A DNA stretch of 21,432 bases from Candidatus Iainarchaeum sp. (GTDB lineage: Archaea > B1Sed10-29 > WALL01), in NCBI GenBank assembly GCA_021162685.1, contig JAGGYF010000033.1, positions 1 to 21,432 of the forward strand, given 5' to 3'. How positions within the stretch are numbered: the first letter of the stretch is position 1; every line of letters starts with the position of its first letter. The translations under genes and the position numbers were made by a program. The notes below the pieces were generated by a model. That model saw only the letters and a program-made list of their open reading frames with translations, was not told the origin of the DNA and searched no databases. Shown here piece after piece: positions 15,040-21,432 of this stretch.

Positions 15040-16311
15040 ATGAGAGAGATATTAGTGGTTGTTCTTGCTGTGGCTGTGATTGGTTCACTTGTGTTGTTTC
15101 TTTTTCCTTATAATCCATTGCATCCTCCGAGGGCAGATGAGACAGGGGCTACAGAGGAAGGGATTAGAGCAGTTGTTGATGCAAATAATGCGTTTGCTTT
15201 TGATATGTATTCGGTGTTGAGTAAAGAGGAAGGGAATGTGTTCTTTTCACCTTATAGTATCTTCTCTGCTATGGCGATTGTGTATGAGGGAGCAGTGGGG
15301 GATACTGCAGAGGAGATAGGAAGCGTGTTGTATTTTCCGAGTAAGGAGGTTTTGGAGCCGAATTTTGCTGCGGTGTACAATGGAGTTAATAGCAGGGGTG
15401 TGAGAACAGGGAATGCGCTCTGGGTTCAGAAGGGATTTCCATTGGTTGAGGAGTATGTGGAGAGGGTGGAGAAGTACTATGGTGGTAAGGCAGCAAATGT
15501 TGATTTTGTGAATAAGCCAAAGGAGAGTGTGAGTACGATTAATCAGTTTATAGAGGAACAAACAAATGGAAAGATAAAGAAACTTATCAATGAGAACATG
15601 ATTACTTCTTTGACAAGGGTTATAGTGACAAATGCTGTATACTTTAAGGGGAAGTGGAAGTGGCAGTTTGATCCAAGTAAGACAAGGGATATGGAGTTTC
15701 ATGTTTCTCCTGAGGAGAGCGTGGCTGTAAGGATGATGTATATGGAGCCAGAGAAGGCGAAGTTTAGGTATGGCGATTTCGGTTTTATGCAGATGCTGGA
15801 GTTGCCCTATGAGGGAAATATGTCAATGATTATTCTGTTGCCAAAGCAGGGGAAAGAGTTTGATCCGATGACAGGTGAGGCGATTACATATAATTATACA
15901 ATAGAGGATGTTGAAAAGCAACTAACGCTTGAGAATTTTGAGAAGTGGAGATCAGAGATGAAAGAGACTAAACTTGATGGGATCTATCTTCCGCGCTTTG
16001 AAACAGAGGAGAGTTATGATTTAGTGGAAGGTATGAAAGAATTGGGTGTAGAAGATGCGTTTGATCATTTTAGGGCAGATTTTTCTGAGATGAGTGAGAG
16101 GCCCCTGTATATAGATTTTATTGTGCATAAGGCGTATGTTAAGGTGGATGAGGAGGGGACAGAGGCGGCAGCAGCAACTGCTGTTAGTTTTTCTGTGACT
16201 GCGGTGAGGAAGGAGAAGGTGTTTAAAGCAGATCATCCATTTGTGTTTTTGATTCAGGATGATGGTTTGATACTGTTTATGGGAAGGGTTGTTGATCCTA
16301 CAAAAACCTGA
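15040..16311 (+). CDS. Serpin (serine protease inhibitor) with N-terminal membrane anchor/signal
   Basis: NNAFAFDMY, NVFFSPYSI, NAVYFKGKW, LELPY, hinge VDEEGTEAAAAT, FKADHPFVFLI, ILFMGRV. Hydrophobic residues 4-23. Confidence 0.95.
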   Translation: MREILVVVLAVAVIGSLVLFLFPYNPLHPPRADETGATEEGIRAVVDANNAFAFDMYSVLSKEEGNVFFSPYSIFSAMAIVYEGAVGDTAEEIGSVLYFPSKEVLEPNFAAVYNGVNSRGVRTGNALWVQKGFPLVEEYVERVEKYYGGKAANVDFVNKPKESVSTINQFIEEQTNGKIKKLINENMITSLTRVIVTNAVYFKGKWKWQFDPSKTRDMEFHVSPEESVAVRMMYMEPEKAKFRYGDFGFMQMLELPYEGNMSMIILLPKQGKEFDPMTGEAITYNYTIEDVEKQLTLENFEKWRSEMKETKLDGIYLPRFETEESYDLVEGMKELGVEDAFDHFRADFSEMSERPLYIDFIVHKAYVKVDEEGTEAAAATAVSFSVTAVRKEKVFKADHPFVFLIQDDGLILFMGRVVDPTKT

Positions 16312-16876
16312 CGCTGTTTGCGATGTCTTTTATGGTTTGTTCTTTGACTTTGCCGTTGGAGTTTATGGAGAGGATTACGTAGGTTACATTGCCTCTTGTT
16401 TGGAATGCATCGCATTCTGTGATTTTTGGTACGCCGAATAGTTTTTCTTCGGATTGGGCGCAGACGATTATCCAGTCGCCTTGTTTTGTTCTGGAGAGTA
16501 CGTGCATGGTTTCGTCGTGGCCAAAGTTGAATGATGGAGATATAAAGTCATCTACGTATTCTTCTGTGGTTGTTGTGTTTGAGGGGAATCTGTAGAGAAC
16601 GTATGCTGTTGTGTCAGGAGCCATTACTTTTGCGAGTTGGACTTCTGGGTAGTTTATTTTGAGCTCTTTGCCTTCTGGGAAATGGATGACTAGTTCGTCA
16701 AATTCTCTTACGTGAAGTGTTGTTCCGTCTGATTGGATTTCTCGGATGGTGCATTGGCCGCCGTAGCAGCCAGAGTCTGTGGTGCATTCAAAGCCAGTTG
16801 TGCATGGGGAGCCTGGTGGCTTTGAGAAACAGCCGGTAAGGGAGATGATGAGCAGCAACAGGAGAAGAGTTTTCAT
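16298..16876 (-). CDS. Putative lipoprotein with N-terminal Cys-rich module
   Basis: MK-hydrophobic-LTGC lipobox, then CTTGFECTTDSGCYGGQC. Confidence 0.7.
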   Translation of the reverse strand: MKTLLLLLLIISLTGCFSKPPGSPCTTGFECTTDSGCYGGQCTIREIQSDGTTLHVREFDELVIHFPEGKELKINYPEVQLAKVMAPDTTAYVLYRFPSNTTTTEEYVDDFISPSFNFGHDETMHVLSRTKQGDWIIVCAQSEEKLFGVPKITECDAFQTRGNVTYVILSINSNGKVKEQTIKDIANSVRFL

Positions 16877-17661
16877 GGTTTCAACTCCTTGTATCTTTTG
16901 TGGAATTTTTTAACCTTTTCTAGATTGTGGCGACCATGATCTGCTAGGTGTTGTTGTACTGCATGAGTTAGAATGTTTCCGACATATCTTTCTCTAAATT
17001 TTGGTTTGAATTCCTCCAAAATTTTCTTTTTTTCTTCTTCGTTTTTAGCTTTCATAAGTCTCTCTTTTAATTCATATTCTATCGGTCCTACTGGCTTTGG
17101 TGTTATGGGAAGGATTAGTGCTTCAGAACTATAGCCATATTGGTATGCCTTCTCTCTTACTGCTGTTGCGTATTTGCTGCTATGTAAAGATTCTAGTTCT
17201 TCATTATTCTTGCCTTTGACATAGCTCTCATAGGTCTTTTTGAATATATTTACGATCTCTTTCCTTTCTTCCTCTTCGTTGTCTGGTTTGAACTCGTCTA
17301 AGGTATTTCCGATAAATAGTTTTGAGTCAACAACAAATGGGCCTCTGATAAAAGCGTGAAGGAAGTGTATGAATCCGTCCATGTCCTCTTCATTGATATC
17401 AAGTTCTCCTTTTTCAAATGCATCTGCTATGTGAAGGGCAAGTCTTTGGTAGGGATGATTTGGATTTGCAATTCCTCTTAATTCATCAATTTGTGGTCTG
17501 TACTTTCTTATGATTTCTTGTTTCTTGTCCACGCCCATTAATTGCCCTTTTTCCATAGAAGAGAGAACGTGATTAATAAATGCTTCAATTTTTTTAGGGT
17601 CTCCCCCGGTTTTTTCGTGGAGGATTTTTATGAAGGTGTTTAGAGTTTCTTCGTGTCCCAC
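16873..17661 (-). CDS. Hypothetical protein (262 aa, alpha-helical, charged)
   Basis: Long ORF, ATGA-coupled to the lipoprotein gene, with TTTATATA about 24-31 nt upstream of the GTG. No family recognised. Confidence 0.7.
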   Translation of the reverse strand: MGHEETLNTFIKILHEKTGGDPKKIEAFINHVLSSMEKGQLMGVDKKQEIIRKYRPQIDELRGIANPNHPYQRLALHIADAFEKGELDINEEDMDGFIHFLHAFIRGPFVVDSKLFIGNTLDEFKPDNEEEERKEIVNIFKKTYESYVKGKNNEELESLHSSKYATAVREKAYQYGYSSEALILPITPKPVGPIEYELKERLMKAKNEEEKKKILEEFKPKFRERYVGNILTHAVQQHLADHGRHNLEKVKKFHKRYKELKP

Positions 17662-17708
17662 GTTATAAACTTTTGCAAAAAGGAGTATATAAACATGTTG
17701 AGATTACT

Positions 17709-17726
17709 GGGAAAAAGAAAGAGGGA
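17709..17726 (-). terminator. Pyrimidine/oligo-T tract, likely archaeal terminator after the histone gene
   Basis: The minus strand reads TCCCTCTTTCTTTTTCCC about 60 nt after the histone stop. Confidence 0.4.
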
Positions 17727-17786
17727 GGTGGCGGGTGAGGAAGGCCGCATGGTGATGGGACAGGTAGAGGGCTTTAATGGGATGGG

Positions 17787-17990
17787 TCAGGTTCGGGATG
17801 CCATTTTTATGTCAGCATCCACAACGGTTTTCCTGCCCGCGTGACGTGCAAGCTGGTTTGCGCGAACGGAGATGTCGTTCGCGATGTCTTCCAGGATTTC
17901 TATTAGTGCGTCTACGGCAGTAACAGAAACCCTGGGTGCACCAGCCTTACGGATAAGCCGCTCTACTGCTGCTCTTGGTAACTCACTCAT
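17787..17990 (-). CDS. Archaeal histone (HMfA/HMfB family)
   Basis: MSELPRAAVERLIRKAGAPRVS...LARHAGRKTVVDADIKMA histone-fold signature, with a GGAGG SD at 17998-18002. Confidence 0.97.
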   Translation of the reverse strand: MSELPRAAVERLIRKAGAPRVSVTAVDALIEILEDIANDISVRANQLARHAGRKTVVDADIKMASRT

Positions 17991-18023
17991 CGCGCAACCT
18001 CCGATTTATTTTCTGAAAGCCAT

Positions 18024-18040
18024 AATATATAAGCTTTACG
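18024..18040 (-). promoter_or_regulatory. BRE-TATA promoter of the histone gene
   Basis: The minus strand reads CGTAAAGCTTATATATT. Confidence 0.6.
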
Positions 18041-18167
18041 TTTTGGTGGTTTTTTTGGAAAAGAAGGGAAAAAAGCAGAGATTTTTGGGAGAGAAGATGT
18101 TTAAACGGATTTTGTAACTATTATGCAGTGGTATAATATTTTAAGGGGGGAAGGAGTAAGGAATAGT

Positions 18168-20348
18168 ATGTATTTGGAGCATAGGCTGCTGAAGAAGGGG
18201 AAGATAGAGGAACGGCTTTATCAGGAGTTATTGGCAGTGAGGGCTATAGAGAGAGGAAATACGATGATAGTGGTGCCAACTGCGTTGGGGAAGACGATAG
18301 TGGCGATTCTTGTTGCAATACATTTTTTGGAGAAGTTTCCAGAGAAGAAGGTTTTGTTTTTGGCTCCGACAAAGCCATTGGTGAATCAGCATAAGAAACG
18401 TTTTGAGGAGTTGACTAATGTTGATGGATTGGTTGTGTTTACTGGTGAGACAAAGAGTACGGAGAGGAAGGGATTATGGGAGAAGGCAAGGGTTGTGTTT
18501 GCAACACCACAGACGATTGAGAGCGCTATGTTTGCTCAGCAGATTGATTTGAAGTATGTTTCTTTGATTATTTTTGACGAGTGTCATAGGGCAGTTGGGG
18601 ATTATGCGTATGTGTTTATTGCTGATCAGTTTGTTAGAAAGAATCCAGAGGGGCATATTATTGGATTGACTGCTTCGCCAGGTGGAACGAGAGAAAGGGT
18701 GCAGGAGATATGTCAGAATTTGTATATAAAAAATGTGGAGACGAGGACAGAAGTGGATGAGGATGTTAGGCCGTATGTGTATGCGAAGAAAACTGAATGG
18801 GTTTTGATAGAGTTGCCAGAGGAGTTTAGGGAAGTGAAAAGGCTTTTGGAAGAGACGATGAAGGAGATATTGAAGGAATTGAAGGATAAGGGGTATGTGA
18901 AGAATACATCATTGAAGTGGTATAATAGGGTAAATCTGCTGAAGCTGCAGAGCTATTTGTTGAAGATAAAGGGGAAGGAACCAAATGCGTGGAAGGCGTT
19001 GTCAGATGTTGCTGCATTGATGAAGTTGCATCATGCGCATGAGTTGTTGGAGACACAGGGTATTGAGCAGTTGAAAGAGTATTTTGAGAAGTTGGGGAAG
19101 GAACATACGAAAGCAGCGAAGTGGATTGTTGGGCACTTGAAGATTAGGAAGGCAATGGTTTTGGTGGAAAAGATTTTGGAAAAGGGTATTGAACATCCGA
19201 AGATTGAGAAGTTGGTTGAGATTTTGAAGAAGTATGATGGACAGGCCATAGTGTTTACGCATTATAGGACAACGGCGAAGAAGGTAGAGAGGGTTTTGAA
19301 TAGTAATGGGATAAAAGCAAAACAGTTTATTGGGCAGAGTACAAAGGAGGGTACGAAAGGGTTGAGGCAAAAGGAACAGATAGAGTTGATAAGGCGGTTT
19401 AGGGAAAAGGAGTTTAGGGTGTTGGTTGCTACATCTATTGGTGAGGAAGGATTGGACATACCTGCTGTTGATCTGGTTGTGTTCTATGAGCCAGTGCCTT
19501 CTGAGATAAGGAAGATACAGAGGGCTGGAAGAACGGGTAGGCATGCGCCCGGGCATGTTATTATATTGATTACAAAAGGAACAAGAGATGAGGCGTATTA
19601 CTGGGCTGCGAGACATAAAGAAAAGGAGATGATGAAGGTGTTGAAGGAGATAAAAGAGATGGGGTTGAAAACACAGAAGACGTTGGAGGAGTATGCTGGA
19701 AAGAGTGATAAGCCGATAGTTTATGTTGATTTTAGGGAGAGGCAGTCAGGTATTACACGGGAGTTGATGAAAAAAGAGGTAAGGGTTAAGGCAATGCAGT
19801 TGCCAGTAGGAGATTTTTTGGTTTCAGATAGGTGTGTGATAGAGAGGAAAAGTGCGAATGATTTTATCCAGTCTATTATAGATGGAAGGCTTTTTCAGCA
19901 GGCAAAGGAGTTGAAGGAGAATTTTGCGAATCCTGTGATTATGATTGAGGGAGAGGAGTTGTATGATATTAGGAAGGTGCATCCAAATGCTATAAGGGGG
20001 GCAATAGTTGCGCTTGCAGTTGATTTTGGTATTCCTCTGATTTGGACTAAGAGTGTGGAAGAGAGCGCAGAGATGATTGTTGCGTTTGCGAGGAGGGAGC
20101 AGGAGGAGAAGGAGAGGCCCATTAGGTTGCATGGAGAGAAAAGGGCCATGAGTGATGAGGAGCAGATGGTTTATATTGTTGAGAGTTTGCCAGGGGTTGG
20201 GCCTTCATTGGCAAGGGAGTTGTTGAAAAGATTTAAGACAGTTGAAAATGTATTTAAGGCAAATGAGAAGGAATTGAAGAGTATAGAGAAGATTGGAGAG
20301 AAAAAGGCAAAGGAGATCAGGAGAATAGTTACAAAGAGGTATGAATGA
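18168..20348 (+). CDS. hef: Hef helicase/endonuclease (FANCM/Mph1-like SF2 helicase fused to ERCC4/XPF nuclease and HhH)
   Basis: PTALGKT, DECH, TASPG, QRAGRTGR, VDFRE, GDF...IERKSAND, LPGVG/IEKIG HhH pairs. Start set at ATG 18168 (MYLEHRLL). Confidence 0.93.
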   Translation: MYLEHRLLKKGKIEERLYQELLAVRAIERGNTMIVVPTALGKTIVAILVAIHFLEKFPEKKVLFLAPTKPLVNQHKKRFEELTNVDGLVVFTGETKSTERKGLWEKARVVFATPQTIESAMFAQQIDLKYVSLIIFDECHRAVGDYAYVFIADQFVRKNPEGHIIGLTASPGGTRERVQEICQNLYIKNVETRTEVDEDVRPYVYAKKTEWVLIELPEEFREVKRLLEETMKEILKELKDKGYVKNTSLKWYNRVNLLKLQSYLLKIKGKEPNAWKALSDVAALMKLHHAHELLETQGIEQLKEYFEKLGKEHTKAAKWIVGHLKIRKAMVLVEKILEKGIEHPKIEKLVEILKKYDGQAIVFTHYRTTAKKVERVLNSNGIKAKQFIGQSTKEGTKGLRQKEQIELIRRFREKEFRVLVATSIGEEGLDIPAVDLVVFYEPVPSEIRKIQRAGRTGRHAPGHVIILITKGTRDEAYYWAARHKEKEMMKVLKEIKEMGLKTQKTLEEYAGKSDKPIVYVDFRERQSGITRELMKKEVRVKAMQLPVGDFLVSDRCVIERKSANDFIQSIIDGRLFQQAKELKENFANPVIMIEGEELYDIRKVHPNAIRGAIVALAVDFGIPLIWTKSVEESAEMIVAFARREQEEKERPIRLHGEKRAMSDEEQMVYIVESLPGVGPSLARELLKRFKTVENVFKANEKELKSIEKIGEKKAKEIRRIVTKRYE

Positions 20349-21184
20349 TGTTGGGTGTTCTGTTTGGTATTGTGACAATGATTGCGTGGGGGACTGCGGA
20401 CTTTCTGGTTGCAAGAGCAGTTAGAAAGGCAAAGGTGTTTGATGTATTTGTTTGGAGCCAGTTGGTTAGTGTTCTTGTTTTGCTGCTAGGTTTATTCTTT
20501 TTTGATGTTGGAGCACTTACGTATGTGGATGTTTTGTTGGTTGTTGTTGGCGGTGTGCTTAGTGTGGTTTCGTATTTGGCATTTTATAAGGGGTTGGAGG
20601 TTGGAAAGGTTTCTGTCGTGAGTCCGATTGCAGCTTGTTGGTCACTTGTTGTTGTTTTTCTGTGTATAATGTTTGGAGGAGAGCATTTAACAGTGCTGAA
20701 AGGAAGTGGTGTTGCGTTGGCAGTGATTGGAGCAGTGTTGACGTCGTTTAGATGGAGAGATGTGAAGAAGTTGAAGGTTGCAAAGGGAGTGAGGTATGCG
20801 GTATTGGCTATGTTGGCTTGGGGGATATATTTCTTTTTTATTGATGTGATGGAAGGCAGAGTGGGATGGTTTTTGGGAATACTCTTGATAAAGGTTATGG
20901 CTGTGATTTATGCATGGATGTATGTTTTTGTTGGTGGGAAAAGAGTAAACGTAAAGAATGTGTGGAGGTATGTTGCTGTAGTTGGGTTGCTTGAAGCGAT
21001 TGCATTTTTGTTTTTTGGTTTGGGCATAAGTATGGAGTATAGCTCCATTGTGGCACCAGTGAGTGCAGCGTTTCCTATGGTAACTGTTTTGTTAGCATGG
21101 ATTGTTTTAAATGAGAAAGTAGATATAAATCAGAAGATAGGAATTGTTTCGGTTGTGATGGGATTGGTTTTGCTTTCGTTATGA
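20345..21184 (+). CDS. DMT/EamA family transporter
   Basis: About 10 TM helices in two repeats: AWGTADF, YKGLEVGKVSVVSPI, GEHLT, SIVAPV, LNEKV. Confidence 0.9.
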   Translation: MMLGVLFGIVTMIAWGTADFLVARAVRKAKVFDVFVWSQLVSVLVLLLGLFFFDVGALTYVDVLLVVVGGVLSVVSYLAFYKGLEVGKVSVVSPIAACWSLVVVFLCIMFGGEHLTVLKGSGVALAVIGAVLTSFRWRDVKKLKVAKGVRYAVLAMLAWGIYFFFIDVMEGRVGWFLGILLIKVMAVIYAWMYVFVGGKRVNVKNVWRYVAVVGLLEAIAFLFFGLGISMEYSSIVAPVSAAFPMVTVLLAWIVLNEKVDINQKIGIVSVVMGLVLLSL

Positions 21185-21194
21185 TGGTGAGAGT

Positions 21195-21432
21195 ATGGGA
21201 ATTTTAAAACGGATAGAGCATTCAAAGTATGTATCGCATGAGACAAAGAGGAGTGCGCTGTTTAAGTTTTTGGCAGTGCTGGGTATTGTGTTGATTTATT
21301 TTAGTTTTGTGTCCATGAAGTATGGGCTGGATAAGGGGTTATTGGTTGGGCTGTTGACTTGGTCGTTTTTTGTGTTTTGTACACCTATTGCTGATGCTGG
21401 GTTTTTGCTTGATTTTCCGCTGAGGATATTGA
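21195..21432 (+). CDS. Membrane protein of unknown function, 5' part (runs off the right edge)
   Basis: GGTGA SD at 21186-21190, then MGILKRIEHSKYVSHETKRSALFKFLAVLGIVLIYF...TWSFFVFCTPIADAGFLLDFPLRIL, open to the end. Confidence 0.75.
   Translation, partial: MGILKRIEHSKYVSHETKRSALFKFLAVLGIVLIYFSFVSMKYGLDKGLLVGLLTWSFFVFCTPIADAGFLLDFPLRIL

Noticed and set aside
5974-20414. Many 60-204 aa antisense or alternate-frame ORFs (e.g. 5974-6519, 14211-14672, 15247-15702, 19002-19616)
   Set aside because: They overlap well-supported genes, carry no motifs, and are expected from the strong strand bias.

Overview
Archaeal chromosomal window. Evidence: HMf-type histone, Hef helicase/nuclease, GGTGA/GGAGG Shine-Dalgarno motifs and BRE-TATA promoters. 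A DPANN-type host such as Micrarchaeota is plausible but is inference. The left end (1-~4000) is a defence-like island: a NucS-like PD-(D/E)XK nuclease, a type III-like Mod methyltransferase split by a frameshift at an (AT)4 tract, and a DUF4145 gene. Next come a small membrane protein, a wHTH/Panacea-like gene convergent with a PIN toxin, a beta-CASP MBL hydrolase and a CPBP protease. The most striking part is 7715-11761, with three divergent tandem AAA_14/DUF4143-type ATPase-nuclease genes. Two of them are each bracketed by their own long palindromic direct repeat (57 bp, 55/57 identical; 48 bp, 48/48 identical), and the two repeat types share a twin TTTCC-Nx-GGAAA architecture. The first unit also sits inside a 19-bp duplication that displaced the original 3' end of the CPBP gene. 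No integrase or transposase is present, so these look like single-gene, repeat-bounded mobile or self-regulating cassettes. The right part holds a stand-alone GatE GAD-like domain (with a degenerate 43-bp copy 1.6 kb away), a radical SAM/SPASM enzyme, a membrane-anchored serpin, a Cys-rich lipoprotein, histone, Hef, an EamA transporter and a partial membrane protein.
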